From positions 105,274 through 169,273 of the forward strand of contig PKTN01000010.1 in assembly GCA_002869185.1 (NCBI GenBank): a stretch of 64,000 nt of DNA, given 5' to 3'. This document shows positions 19,693 to 30,478 of the stretch, one piece after another; position 1 is the stretch's first letter; each line of letters opens with the position of its first letter. A program made the position numbers and the translations under genes. This DNA is from Denitrovibrio sp. (GTDB lineage: Bacteria; Chrysiogenota; Deferribacteres; Deferribacterales; Geovibrionaceae). Below the pieces are notes generated by a model. That model was given only the letters and a program-made list of their open reading frames with translations, did no database searches and was not told the DNA's origin.

Positions 19693-20871
19693 TTACTTTG
19701 TTAAAAGTTTTTTGTTTATCTTAAGCATCGTAAGCGATGTTTTAATCTGGAGGATAGTAAATGGTATCAGTATTATAAAGTACGCTGGGCTAAACCGTTC
19801 GATGATGCCATTTTTGATAAGTCCGTAGAAAATAAAGAACATACCGAATACAAATATCGCAACACCTGGGCAGATAAGTGCATAAACTCCAGCACTCTTT
19901 TTGTCTCCATTCAGATATTCGTCAAAGTAGCCTATACGCTTCATCACTACATAGCCAATAATTCCAAACATGATTTGCAATGATAGCACCATAGAAGTGA
20001 ATACGAATAGAGTAGACATATCTCCGTGTGAGCCAAAATTGTGTGAGAGACCAAAGAACATACGGATTATTGTGATACCGAGCACAGTCATGATTGGGAT
20101 AGCAATCCATAGAGTAGGGCTAGCCTCTTTGCTTATTCCGTATCTGAAAATAGATTTAAGACCGAGTGTCATTTTTATAAAAGCTAGTGATACTGCTAGC
20201 ACTAAGAAGAAGATAGCTAAGAATAGGGATACGGCTGAGACAATTTTATTGTGAGTCATGGCGGCAGGGGCTGCGAAACCGACTGCTATCATAGCAAAAG
20301 CAAATATACCCATCATCTGTGAAAGGTTGTTGTTTTTAGCATAGTCAAACTCACCTTTTATTATAAAACTACTGAAATACTCTACAAAGATGCGTAGAGC
20401 ATAGATTCCTATAGCGAGGAAAGCGAGTATAGCTCCTGGAAACATATATTCGACTATAGTCCAAAGGTTTGGCACTGTAGCTGCGAAGAATGCGAAAGAG
20501 CAGTTAACTGTCATAGCGAGTGTTAGTGGTATAGCCATGAATGAAACTGCCTGATGTGAGTTCTTCATCTCGTGATACTTAGGTGTAGTTTTAAACTGAC
20601 GATATTCTTTAATATTCCATATGAGAAGCCTGATATGCAGATAAAAGAAGAGTATCATCGCTGCATAAACGGCAATTAGAAAGGCTGATACAAGTGGGTT
20701 AGAACCTGTGATAACTGGATAAATAAAATTAAATGTTGCAACAGGTGTTTTTGGATGGTTTACCATAAACATGAAGTAAACAAAGAAGGATACTGTAAGT
20801 CCACCAGCTCCAAGCGATGCTAAGAAGTAGACGGGTGTGTAATTTTCTTTGAGGTTTTTAATCATAGCCAT
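19693..20871 (-). CDS. Polytopic membrane transporter (about 10 TM; possibly TehA/Mae1-type)
   Basis: Hydrophobicity pattern only. The family assignment is weak. Confidence 0.35.
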   Translation of the reverse strand: MAMIKNLKENYTPVYFLASLGAGGLTVSFFVYFMFMVNHPKTPVATFNFIYPVITGSNPLVSAFLIAVYAAMILFFYLHIRLLIWNIKEYRQFKTTPKYHEMKNSHQAVSFMAIPLTLAMTVNCSFAFFAATVPNLWTIVEYMFPGAILAFLAIGIYALRIFVEYFSSFIIKGEFDYAKNNNLSQMMGIFAFAMIAVGFAAPAAMTHNKIVSAVSLFLAIFFLVLAVSLAFIKMTLGLKSIFRYGISKEASPTLWIAIPIMTVLGITIIRMFFGLSHNFGSHGDMSTLFVFTSMVLSLQIMFGIIGYVVMKRIGYFDEYLNGDKKSAGVYALICPGVAIFVFGMFFIFYGLIKNGIIERFSPAYFIILIPFTILQIKTSLTMLKINKKLLTK

Positions 20872-20958
20872 AATAATATCTCCTGAAGCAAGTTAATTTT
20901 AGAAGAAAGTACAATGGATTTATAATTGACGCAAGTAATATTTGATTATTTGAATATA

Positions 20959-22398
20959 TTAAAACTCTAGTATGTAGGCGAGCCCTTGTTCGTCTTTAAT
21001 GAGGCTCATCTTACCACCATGTTTTTCAATGATTACGTTAGCTATCACTATCCCCCAATAGTCGAACGATTGGGATAAAACCTGATGATTCCATGGTTGT
21101 AGCATGGTGTCAAGGATGGCGGATGGTACATCTACATCTGGAACTTTCAAAGAGACTTTCAGTCTGCAACCAACATCCTCTGTGGTAAGCTTAAACTTTA
21201 GAGGGGTAAATTCGTCAAAGTACCTTATTGAATCTTTTAGGATATAGCATAATGCCATCTTTAAGAAGACTGGGCTACCGTCGATATTGTGGCACTTTTG
21301 TGACTTGAGGTCGGTGGTCAGAGTATATTCATCTGTGAAATTATATAAAAACGCCGAAAAATTCTTGGAGAATGTTTTTGCTTCTAGCTCGCAAGCTAAA
21401 CTAGCCATAAAACTTGAAATGTCTATTACTTGCTCAAGCTGCATAGAAATTGCATTTGTATAGTCGTTATAACCAGTAACTATCTCTTCTATCAGTTTGA
21501 ATTTCTGTTCGATAATATTCCATTTATGCCCTTGAGAGTCATTTAACACAGTCTCTTGTCTGATCTTTCTGAAAAATCCAGCAGCAACAGTTAGTGCGTT
21601 TAGGATGTTATGTGATAGGTGCCTAGAGAATCCTGCTAAAATTGCTTTCTCTTCTAGCTTTTTCATATGTTGCTCTATGAGCAGCTTTTTACTTATATCT
21701 TCGAAGATAATCTCAAAATGCTTTTCACCATTACTTATGACCGTCATGTAAGCGTTCACTGTTATGAAAGCACCATTTGCAATCTTAAGCTTCATTTCTA
21801 GGTTCGATGTCTTCTCATCAGCTACGACTTTCATAGTTTTGAGGTAATTCTCTACATGTTCGTTATGGACTATATCAATGAAGTTTAAGCCTTCCCACTG
21901 ATCTCTGCTATATCCAGTGGTATCCACAAATTTCTGGTTTGCATACTGAACTATGTTTTTATCATCAATTTCTACGATACTTTCACCAGCTGAATTGATT
22001 ATATTTTCAAGTTTGTTTTTGAGAAATTCGATCTGATGGTTCTTATTGTCTATCATATTATAAAGCTCAACAAGCCCTTTATTCGCTTCACTCAGGAGCG
22101 CATTTTGTTCTTGTAGCATAGATATTTTGGCGATTCTAGGTGATATCGAGTAAGTCTTGACCGATAGCTTAATAGCCTCTAGCATACTCTCTGGCGAGAG
22201 GTCAGGGGAGACACTGACATTATATTCTGGGACATCAGCGGAGATGATAATATTGAGTCTTGCTTCTTTGAGCATCTCTTTATTATCAGTAATAATGACG
22301 TCTGCCTCGTTTGGGTTTGTGGTAAAGCTGAAGCACTCATTAAGTAGATTGTCTAGCTCTGGGTGCTGGAACAGCCTTTTATACAGTCTGGGTTTCAA
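20959..22398 (-). CDS. PAS-domain sensor with an H-box but a degenerate kinase ATP-binding domain (histidine-kinase-like)
   Basis: PAS segment SIVEIDDKNIVQYANQKFVDTTGYSRDQWEG. H-box-like FSRHLSHNILNAL. N-box and G-box positions read ILKDSIRY and DYWGIVIA instead of NLxxNA and GxGLGL. Confidence 0.55.
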   Translation of the reverse strand: MKPRLYKRLFQHPELDNLLNECFSFTTNPNEADVIITDNKEMLKEARLNIIISADVPEYNVSVSPDLSPESMLEAIKLSVKTYSISPRIAKISMLQEQNALLSEANKGLVELYNMIDNKNHQIEFLKNKLENIINSAGESIVEIDDKNIVQYANQKFVDTTGYSRDQWEGLNFIDIVHNEHVENYLKTMKVVADEKTSNLEMKLKIANGAFITVNAYMTVISNGEKHFEIIFEDISKKLLIEQHMKKLEEKAILAGFSRHLSHNILNALTVAAGFFRKIRQETVLNDSQGHKWNIIEQKFKLIEEIVTGYNDYTNAISMQLEQVIDISSFMASLACELEAKTFSKNFSAFLYNFTDEYTLTTDLKSQKCHNIDGSPVFLKMALCYILKDSIRYFDEFTPLKFKLTTEDVGCRLKVSLKVPDVDVPSAILDTMLQPWNHQVLSQSFDYWGIVIANVIIEKHGGKMSLIKDEQGLAYILEF

Positions 22399-24967
22399 TG
22401 TTTTTCGAGAGCTCCTCTCTAATTGTGTCTAGAGTTGTTTCACAGACAATTTTGTTACCATCATTATCCATGAGGTAGAATGAATCAACTACCCTGTCAA
22501 CATCTGTGGAGATCTTTGCTCTTTCAACACTCAGTTTCAATCTTGAGAATGTACACAGAATATCGTAAAGCAATCCTATCCTATCTTTTGCGTATATATC
22601 TACTACAGTGTACTGCGTGGAAACTTCATTGTCGAACACGATTTTGTCCTTTTTAGCAAATACATTAGACTGAGTCTTAAGTATGCTCTCGGATTGATTG
22701 ATTTGGCGGACAATATCTTTAGTATCTTTGATAGTATCTATGATCCTTTGTTTGAGGATATCTTGTTTTTCTGTAGGCATCTTTCTGCCAGCAAAAGGGT
22801 TATCTATTAATATGTTATCAATTGTGATGTCGTTTTCTAGTGTGAAAATCTTTGCCCACTTTATGTTGTAAGAGAGTGAAGTGAGAGCACCGCAAATCCT
22901 ACTGAGTAGACCGACTCTATCTTTCGTACAAACAATAACCTCAATAGTGTGCATGTCGTCTCTAATATCAAGCTCAACAATAATATTGTCACCTTCGACC
23001 TCTGATGCGAGTTGAAGATATCTTATAATATGGACAGCTTTAGTGGAATAAACGTATTCGTCATCGAGTGTTTTTGATTGCTCGAATATCTCAGGCATAT
23101 TTTTACATCGCTCTTCGAGTTTTTTTCTTCTCCTCTTTAGGACGATATCAAACTCTTCTTGAACGCTTTCGTTATTTATAGCTTTTTCCGACTTATTAAA
23201 AAGTTCTTTTAGTAAATTATTCTTCCATTCATTAAATGTTGCACCACCAACAGCATTCATATCTGCATAGGTTAGCAGGAATAGTATGCGTAGCTCTTCA
23301 ACAGAGTTAAGGAAGGATGTGAAGTGTTCTATGACATCAATGTCGTGCAGATCACGCCTCTGAGCTATGTGGCTCATGAGTAGGTGCTGCTCAACCATAC
23401 TACAAATGGTGTCATTGTCATCCATGCTAAGCCCTAGCCTGCTGCATATCTTTTTAGACATTTTAGCACCGACAATACTATGGTTTTTCCCTTGCCCTTT
23501 GCCTATATCATGAAGGAGTATAGATAAACTGAGTAAGTCTTTTCGTTCCATATCTTGCATAGCTTTTTGGTATTCGTTAAGTGATGGCGGGACGCTACCT
23601 GCGATCTTATCAATGTAATCGAGAGCGAGGATTGTATGCTCGTCAACGGTGTAGTGATGATAGTAGTCAAACTGAGGTCTACACTCTAGACCTTCAAATT
23701 CAGGGATGATTGTTTGGAGAACCCTGCACTTATACATGTTGCTAACTATGCGAAACGAATTAGGATATGAGCTGATAGTCTTTGTAAAAAGTGTTCCATA
23801 CTCTTTGATAAAAGCACTATCTATGAGGTAAAGGTTATCTCTGATTAGTTCACATATACTGTCTGAGAGCTTTAGACCTTTATTTGCGGCGAAAGAGAAG
23901 ACAGTGATAAGCTTCTTTGGGTTATCTTTAAAAATATCTTTAGAGCTGACAGTGAGCGTGTTTGCATATTGCATGTACCCATCTGAAAGTTTTGATATGT
24001 ATGTCTTTTTAATAAGTTTTCTAGCTGCGAGTTTAAGCATTGTTCTGTTAATTACTTTCTGCGTAATCTCAGCTGTTTGTTTAGCTCTGATGTAGTAGTC
24101 ACGCATGAAAAGTTCAACACTATGAACACTGTCAGTCCCAGAATAACCGAGGTGCTTAGCAACCTCCATCTGTGCATCTAGTGACATGATCTCGTATTTT
24201 CTATTGTGGTAATAATGGACTTCATTTCTTACGCTGAATAGTGCTCCGCAGTTTTCAATAAGAGCGCTATATTCGTCTTGAGTTAATATGCCATGTTTAA
24301 CAGTCTCTTGTAAGTTGCTAGTTTTATAGAGGATTTTACATATCCAGTAAATGGTGTTAATGTCTCGAATACCACCTGTTCCCTCTTTAATATTAGGTTC
24401 TAGCCTATATATTGAATCTCTGAATTTACTGTTTCTAGTTCTGACTCCGTCGATTTTCATCTTAAGGAATTCGGTTTTTCCCTTTTCCATAACCTTGTCA
24501 TTAATGATTTTTAGGAATGATTCATAATCTTTCTTCGATCCGAATAAGAACCTGTTATCTATGAAAGATGTTCTTACAACCTCGTCTTCCATAGCGGCTT
24601 TCATAACATCTTTTAGACCTTTGATTTGGATACCAGGGTTAGTCCCTAGATCCCACATTATGGTTGTGAATGCATTGATAAACTCTTCTTGTGCATGTGT
24701 CACACGCCCTCTGTGAAGTATAAGGATATCTATGTCTGAGTGAGGAGCCATCTGTTCTCTTGCATATCCACCAAGAGCCAAGACAGAAAGTTCATCGACA
24801 GGTCCTGATTTCTCAAGAGCCATTTTACAGACCTTAATAACTGTGTCATCAGTAAGTTCTGTTATCCGTTGTGATACCTGCCATGGTGTTGAATATGAGT
24901 GTCTGTTTTTTTTGATTTGTTGCCAAGTTTCGTGATAGTAGTTCTTTAGTTTTTCTATTGTTTGCAT
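22379..24967 (-). CDS. glnD: [Protein-PII] uridylyltransferase/uridylyl-removing enzyme
   Basis: Nucleotidyltransferase motif (LGGYAREQMAPHSDIDI), HD domain (LLHDIGKG) and two C-terminal ACT domains. Length 862 aa. Confidence 0.88.
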   Translation of the reverse strand: MQTIEKLKNYYHETWQQIKKNRHSYSTPWQVSQRITELTDDTVIKVCKMALEKSGPVDELSVLALGGYAREQMAPHSDIDILILHRGRVTHAQEEFINAFTTIMWDLGTNPGIQIKGLKDVMKAAMEDEVVRTSFIDNRFLFGSKKDYESFLKIINDKVMEKGKTEFLKMKIDGVRTRNSKFRDSIYRLEPNIKEGTGGIRDINTIYWICKILYKTSNLQETVKHGILTQDEYSALIENCGALFSVRNEVHYYHNRKYEIMSLDAQMEVAKHLGYSGTDSVHSVELFMRDYYIRAKQTAEITQKVINRTMLKLAARKLIKKTYISKLSDGYMQYANTLTVSSKDIFKDNPKKLITVFSFAANKGLKLSDSICELIRDNLYLIDSAFIKEYGTLFTKTISSYPNSFRIVSNMYKCRVLQTIIPEFEGLECRPQFDYYHHYTVDEHTILALDYIDKIAGSVPPSLNEYQKAMQDMERKDLLSLSILLHDIGKGQGKNHSIVGAKMSKKICSRLGLSMDDNDTICSMVEQHLLMSHIAQRRDLHDIDVIEHFTSFLNSVEELRILFLLTYADMNAVGGATFNEWKNNLLKELFNKSEKAINNESVQEEFDIVLKRRRKKLEERCKNMPEIFEQSKTLDDEYVYSTKAVHIIRYLQLASEVEGDNIIVELDIRDDMHTIEVIVCTKDRVGLLSRICGALTSLSYNIKWAKIFTLENDITIDNILIDNPFAGRKMPTEKQDILKQRIIDTIKDTKDIVRQINQSESILKTQSNVFAKKDKIVFDNEVSTQYTVVDIYAKDRIGLLYDILCTFSRLKLSVERAKISTDVDRVVDSFYLMDNDGNKIVCETTLDTIREELSKNIETQTV

Positions 24968-24970
24968 ATT

Positions 24971-25564
24971 TTAGTCGTACAGGAAATTTGTAAAATATAT
25001 ATCCTTAACCTTGATGTTAGGATAGTACCATGTTACCTCTGTTTGAATTATTGATTTGACTCGGTTTCGTTCAGGTGCAGTATTCATCTCGTTAGGTGGA
25101 AATGTAGACATTACACCATTAATTATAGTGATTATTTTTCCTCTGATTTTTATAATCTCAGTAGCACTTTTCTTGTCTTCGGTTTCTACAGAAAGATCGT
25201 ATCTATAGTAGTGTTTTTCCTTGCCACCAGCACTTGTCATAAGGTCTGTGAATTGAACTCGGTAGTGTCCACCACCAAAGTCTTTTTGAACGTCGTAAGA
25301 ACGGAATGCATCCTTGAGAGTTGTTGACTCTGAGACTAGCAGTTCCATACCACCACCGTATATAGTAGCAAAAACAACAAGTGTGAGGATTATTAAAAGA
25401 CCCGAGAGAATCATTATGATTCCGTTAAGAGAAATTAACGGTTTTTTGGGCTGTTCAACAGGTTTCTTCTTTGGTCCAGCATTCATTTCCATAGTAATAT
25501 AATATAACATTTCACTTTTTAAGTAAATCGGATATATTTCTTTAAAAGACATAAAAAAAGGCAC
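24971..25564 (-). CDS. FliL-like flagellar basal-body-associated protein (start uncertain; alternative ATG at 25492)
   Basis: Single N-terminal TM helix. The C-terminus ...VKDIYFTNFLYD resembles the FliL end motif. Confidence 0.45.
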   Translation of the reverse strand: MPFFMSFKEIYPIYLKSEMLYYITMEMNAGPKKKPVEQPKKPLISLNGIIMILSGLLIILTLVVFATIYGGGMELLVSESTTLKDAFRSYDVQKDFGGGHYRVQFTDLMTSAGGKEKHYYRYDLSVETEDKKSATEIIKIRGKIITIINGVMSTFPPNEMNTAPERNRVKSIIQTEVTWYYPNIKVKDIYFTNFLYD

Positions 25565-25631
25565 CCTCTAAGTGAAAGTGCCTTTTTAAAGAAATATGTA
25601 AAACCTACTGAGGACATAATTAATTAAAACT

Positions 25632-26900
25632 ATGTATGCATATATATATACCTTTGGATGTAAGGTTAATCAAGTGGAAAGTGAAAAAATTGTCAACGAA
25701 TTAACATGCTTCAACTTGGAATTAACAGAAAACATTAATAAAGCAGAAGTTATAATTTTCAACACTTGCGCTGTTACTGAACGTGCAGAGAAGAAATTTC
25801 GATCTATGATCAAAAAAGCAAAAATAGAGAATCCTTCTGTTCTTATCGCTGTAACTGGTTGTGCAGCGGAGAAAGAGAAAGAGAAGCTTAAAAGTCTTGG
25901 TGCGGATATAGTTGTGACCAATTCTGGCAAGATGGACATCCTAGAACATATCAAAAGCCGTACAGACCATCTTGAGAGTATATTTAGCTCTGATGGCTTT
26001 ATAGATGCCGAGAATATCTCTATGGCGACAAGAACCAGAGCATTCGTAAAGATACAGGATGGTTGTGATAGTAACTGTTCATATTGTATTATCCCGTCAT
26101 TAAGGGGGCTTCCTGTCAGCAGATCAACAGAATCGATACTCTCAGAAGTTAAAGGGCTTGTAGAAAAGGGCTATAAAGAGATTGTTCCTGTTGGGATACA
26201 TGTTGGTAAATACGGATTAGACCTTGATAATGACATAGACCTACCAGCTCTCGTTGAAAAGATTGTCCGGATCGAAGGTGATTTTAGGATACGTCTAACC
26301 TCTATAGAGCTGAATGAGATGACAGATAGGATGGTAAATTTGCTGGTTAATAATCAGGATAAAATTTGCAGACATTATCATATACCTCTTCAGAGTGGGT
26401 CGACTCATACTTTGCAGGTTATGAACAGAAAATATACAGCAGACGAATATATTAGCAAACTTAATGAACTCAAAATGAAGGTGCCAGATGCATCACTAGG
26501 AGCTGATATTATTGTAGGTTTCCCAGGTGAAACGGATGAGCATTTTAACGAGACGGTAGACACAGTCAGAAGATCAGGGCTGGAGCATATTCATGTTTTT
26601 TCATACTCAGATCGTTCGGGGACGGTTGCATCAGAGATGAAGAATAAGGTTCCTTCTAAGGTGAAAAGTGCAAGATCAAAAGAGCTGAGAGATATAGCTT
26701 CAGAACTTAAGGCTGTTGCTGCTAATAAAATGATAGGTAAAACACTGCGAGTCCTCACTCAGAAGGACAATACAGCGATTACTGATAACTATTTTACTGT
26801 TAAGTTTAAAGAAGGTGTTGAACCCAACCTGTTTTTAGATGTATTAATAACCAATGCTTATAAAGACGGAACTTTAAAAGGGGATATTGTAAATGAATGA
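25632..26900 (+). CDS. mtaB: tRNA t6A37 methylthiotransferase MtaB (radical SAM)
   Basis: N-terminal TFGCKVNQVESE, radical-SAM CDSNCSYCIIP, and a TRAM-like C-terminus. Confidence 0.8.
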   Translation: MYAYIYTFGCKVNQVESEKIVNELTCFNLELTENINKAEVIIFNTCAVTERAEKKFRSMIKKAKIENPSVLIAVTGCAAEKEKEKLKSLGADIVVTNSGKMDILEHIKSRTDHLESIFSSDGFIDAENISMATRTRAFVKIQDGCDSNCSYCIIPSLRGLPVSRSTESILSEVKGLVEKGYKEIVPVGIHVGKYGLDLDNDIDLPALVEKIVRIEGDFRIRLTSIELNEMTDRMVNLLVNNQDKICRHYHIPLQSGSTHTLQVMNRKYTADEYISKLNELKMKVPDASLGADIIVGFPGETDEHFNETVDTVRRSGLEHIHVFSYSDRSGTVASEMKNKVPSKVKSARSKELRDIASELKAVAANKMIGKTLRVLTQKDNTAITDNYFTVKFKEGVEPNLFLDVLITNAYKDGTLKGDIVNE

Positions 26901-28542
26901 AAAAATACTAGTCATAGGTGGAGTCGCTGCGGGTGCAACAGGTGCCGCAAAGGCGAGACGCACTAGCGAGACTGCTGATATTACTCTGATAGAAAAAGGT
27001 AAATATATATCTTTTGCTAACTGTGGTCTGCCATATTACACAGGTGGAACCATAAAGAAGCGTTCGAGTGTTTTGCTACATACTAGGCAGTCATTCGGCA
27101 AGCGATTTAATACTAACGTTGAGACAAAAACTGAAGCGATAAATATAGACCCAAAAGCTAAAATTGTTGAGCTACAGACGTCAAAAGGTTTAATTGAAAG
27201 ACCTTACGACAAGCTCTTACTCGCTGTTGGAGCGAAGACATTCATTCCGCCTATCGAAGGTGTTGATACTGTCCCATATTTCACTATGCGTACCGTAGAG
27301 GACGCTGATGCTGTAAAGAAGTTTGTGGAAACAAACAAACCTAAATCAGCCGTTATTATCGGTGCTGGTTTCATAGGTATAGAGATAGCGGAGGCGATGC
27401 TCCATTGTGATGTGAAGCCTTATGTTGTCGAGGCTCTTGATGAGGTTATGCCTAATTTTCCCAAGTCTGTCGCAATGAACCTGCGTGAAAAGATGACGCA
27501 AACTGGTTGCGAAGTAATCGTAAAAACATTCGTAAAAAAACTCGAACAAGCTGAGAATATAAAAGTCCATCTCTCTGATGGACGTGTGATAGATACTGAT
27601 ATGGTTCTTATGTGTACAGGTGTTAAACCTGCTGTTGATCTTGCTCTCACTGCTGGGGTGGAACTCGGCGAAAGAGGCGGAGTTCTGACGAATGATAGGA
27701 TGGAGACAAACATTCCTGATATATATGCCGCAGGTGATCTGGTAGAAAAGACGCACATAGTTACAGGCAAGAAGGTTCTTCTTCCACTTGCAGGTCCTGC
27801 CAATAGAGAAGGGCGTACTGCTGGTGCCAATATGGTTGGCGGTGATATGCGTTTTAAAGGCGTGCTTGGTTCTGCTGTTGTTGGCTTTGAAGGCTTTGTT
27901 ATGGCTCAGACTGGTCTAACGTACGATCAAGCAATTCAGGCTGGCTTTGATGCAGATTATGTCTATACAGAGGATGTAAACTGGGCATCTTACTATCCTG
28001 GCTATGGTCACATCTTTATGGTGACTACGTTTGACAAGAAGAGTGGCAGATTGCTTGGAGTTTCTGCTTGTGGTCCAGAAGGAACAGAGAAGCGTGCTGA
28101 TGAAGCGGCTGTTGCTATCTATGCAGGACTGACAGTTTATGATCTGGAAAATTTAGAGCTTTGCTATGCACCACCATTTGCATCAGCGAAAGAGAATATA
28201 AATATTGCTGGTTTCGTAGCATCAAACTCACTCCGTGGGCTTGGGTTCACCATTAAGCCAGAAGAGATACTGGAAAGGGTTCGTAAAAACGAAGATCTAC
28301 AGCTTTTAGATGTTCGTACTGAGATGGAATGCAAGATGTATATGATAGATGGTGCACAAAATATCTATCTGAATGAGTTAAGGGACAACCTTGATAAGTT
28401 AGACCAAAAACAACCAATTTATGTTTATTGTGCTGTCGGTTTCAGGGGCTATCAGGCAGTGCGAAGTCTTCGTAATCTTGGCTATGAGGCGTATAACGTA
28501 ACTGGCGGAATAGAAGCGTACGAAAGACTCAAAAAGCTTTGA
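26893..28542 (+). CDS. CoA-disulfide reductase/NADH oxidase-family flavoprotein with a C-terminal rhodanese domain
   Basis: Motif GGVAAGATGAAKARR, active-site SFANCGLPYY, and rhodanese loop YCAVGFRG. Confidence 0.8.
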   Translation: MNEKILVIGGVAAGATGAAKARRTSETADITLIEKGKYISFANCGLPYYTGGTIKKRSSVLLHTRQSFGKRFNTNVETKTEAINIDPKAKIVELQTSKGLIERPYDKLLLAVGAKTFIPPIEGVDTVPYFTMRTVEDADAVKKFVETNKPKSAVIIGAGFIGIEIAEAMLHCDVKPYVVEALDEVMPNFPKSVAMNLREKMTQTGCEVIVKTFVKKLEQAENIKVHLSDGRVIDTDMVLMCTGVKPAVDLALTAGVELGERGGVLTNDRMETNIPDIYAAGDLVEKTHIVTGKKVLLPLAGPANREGRTAGANMVGGDMRFKGVLGSAVVGFEGFVMAQTGLTYDQAIQAGFDADYVYTEDVNWASYYPGYGHIFMVTTFDKKSGRLLGVSACGPEGTEKRADEAAVAIYAGLTVYDLENLELCYAPPFASAKENINIAGFVASNSLRGLGFTIKPEEILERVRKNEDLQLLDVRTEMECKMYMIDGAQNIYLNELRDNLDKLDQKQPIYVYCAVGFRGYQAVRSLRNLGYEAYNVTGGIEAYERLKKL

Positions 28543-28605
28543 TATAAAGTATAAGAAGTGATAGATTGAAAAAATAATAGACAATAATTTCCACGAGGTA
28601 GTAGA

Positions 28606-29487
28606 TTGATGGATGCAATAATAGAGACCAACTTTGATGACATGAAGCTTCTCGCTAGAGGTAAAGTTAGAGACATTTATGACTTCGATGACAAGATGCT
28701 CATCGTTACAACAGACCGCCTTTCAGCGTTCGACGTTATCCTTCCTAATGGTGTGCCGGGCAAAGGGAAAATCCTTACAGAGATAGCTCTTTTCTGGTTC
28801 GAGCAAACGCAAGATTTAATACGCAATCATATAATAACATCCGATGTAGACAAGATGCCTGAAGTTTGTCACAAGTATAAAGACATTCTCGAAGGACGCT
28901 CTATGCTTGTTCACAAATGCCTTCCATTCCCTGTTGAGTGTGTTGCAAGAGGTTATATCACAGGTTCTGGTCTTAAAGATTATCAAAAGACAGGTAAAGT
29001 ATGTGGAATAGATCTTCCTAAAGGGCTTGTCGAGTCCGAGCGTATGCCTGAGACACTCTTCACCCCTGCAACTAAGGCAGAGGTTGGCGACCACGACGAG
29101 AACATCTCTTTCGAAAGAATGGCAGAGATAATCGGTCAGGAAAAAGCTGATAAACTTAAAGCTCTCACAATTAAAATCTACGAAACAGCTAGAGATATAG
29201 CAGACGAGAAGGGTATTATTATCGCTGACACTAAGTTCGAATTTGGCGAGCTAGATGGAGAGATAATCCTTATTGACGAGATACTTACCCCTGATTCTTC
29301 ACGTTTTTGGTTTAAAGAGAAATATGAGGCTGGCAAAACACAAGATAGTATGGATAAGCAGGTTGTTAGAAACTATCTCGAGACACTCGATTGGGACAAA
29401 ACAGCTCCTGGTCCTGTTCTTCCTGTTGAAGTTGTTGAAAAGACAGCTGCAGTTTACCGTAAAATCACAGATATCCTAAAAGGTTAA
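28606..29487 (+). CDS. purC: Phosphoribosylaminoimidazole-succinocarboxamide synthase
   Basis: Motifs [15 protein letters not shown] and ADTKFEFG. Start is TTG at 28606 or ATG at 28609. Confidence 0.9.
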   Translation: MMDAIIETNFDDMKLLARGKVRDIYDFDDKMLIVTTDRLSAFDVILPNGVPGKGKILTEIALFWFEQTQDLIRNHIITSDVDKMPEVCHKYKDILEGRSMLVHKCLPFPVECVARGYITGSGLKDYQKTGKVCGIDLPKGLVESERMPETLFTPATKAEVGDHDENISFERMAEIIGQEKADKLKALTIKIYETARDIADEKGIIIADTKFEFGELDGEIILIDEILTPDSSRFWFKEKYEAGKTQDSMDKQVVRNYLETLDWDKTAPGPVLPVEVVEKTAAVYRKITDILKG

Positions 29488-29492
29488 TCACT

Positions 29493-29530
29493 AAAGGGGC
29501 ATGCTAATTCTTAGTCTGCCCCATTTTTTT
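29493..29530 (+). terminator. Rho-independent terminator after purC (overlaps the 3' end of the convergent LysR gene)
   Basis: GGGGCA (29496-29501) pairs with TGCCCC (29517-29522), followed by a T-run of 7. Confidence 0.65.
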
Positions 29531-30391
29531 GTTTAAAAATTCGATAAATAGCTTATTCGCTTTTGATATGTAACTTCCTTTTTTCCATGCAATACCTATA
29601 CTTGTAAATAATCTCGGCTCAAGTTTTGTAGAGACAATCTCTTTGTCATTTTCAATAACCTTTTTAAGAAAAGCAGAAATTCCGATATTATTAGCAGTTA
29701 AAGATTTAATAGTCTCTGTAAGATTAGATTCAAAAACTATATTTGGCTCTATCCCACTCGATTCCATAAGGTTTAAAAGGAGTTCTCTTAAGTGGTAGTT
29801 CCCTTTTCCAAAAAGTAAAAAATCTTCATTTTGTATGTCATTCAATGTTAGTGATTGTTTTTTACTTAGCGGATTATCTATAGATAAGCCTATGAGTATC
29901 TCTTCGTTGAATAAGAAGTGGCTATCGTATTCTGAAGAGATGTTATCAGTAGATATAATACCTAAGTCTATGTCGCCAGATGCAATTTTTGCTTTAATAC
30001 TGTTTGATGGTTCTGACTCTATGACCATTTTAATAGCGGGATATTGTTGTTTAAACTCTGCTAGTATTAGCGAGAAGTAGTAATTACCAAGCATTTCTGG
30101 AATACCTATATGTATGGTTCCTGTCTTTACACCTTTGAGATCATCAATTTCATTTTGTAGGCTGTCCATATCGGCTAGTATCTTTTCAGCGTGGTAGAAT
30201 ATCCTTCCGCCCTCTGGTGTTAAGCTGATCCCTTTGTTTAAGCGGTTTATAAGTTGTATGCCTATCTCTTCTTCTAGCTGCTTGATAGACATGCTGATAG
30301 CTGGTTGGGCGACAAAGAGTTTTTCTGCCGCTTTTGAGAAGCTTCCGCTATTAACAATTTCATAAAAGTATTCTAGCTGGCGAATGTTCAT
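29504..30391 (-). CDS. LysR-family transcriptional regulator
   Basis: N-terminal HTH MNIRQLEYFYEIVNSGSFSKAAEKLFVAQPAIS. Length 295 aa. Confidence 0.88.
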   Translation of the reverse strand: MNIRQLEYFYEIVNSGSFSKAAEKLFVAQPAISMSIKQLEEEIGIQLINRLNKGISLTPEGGRIFYHAEKILADMDSLQNEIDDLKGVKTGTIHIGIPEMLGNYYFSLILAEFKQQYPAIKMVIESEPSNSIKAKIASGDIDLGIISTDNISSEYDSHFLFNEEILIGLSIDNPLSKKQSLTLNDIQNEDFLLFGKGNYHLRELLLNLMESSGIEPNIVFESNLTETIKSLTANNIGISAFLKKVIENDKEIVSTKLEPRLFTSIGIAWKKGSYISKANKLFIEFLNKKMGQTKN

Positions 30392-30478
30392 AACTAATCC
30401 TTATGTGATATATAAAGAATATATATTTTGCTTATGTTAGCTTGTGTCATATATTAAATCAATAAAAAGGAGGCATAT

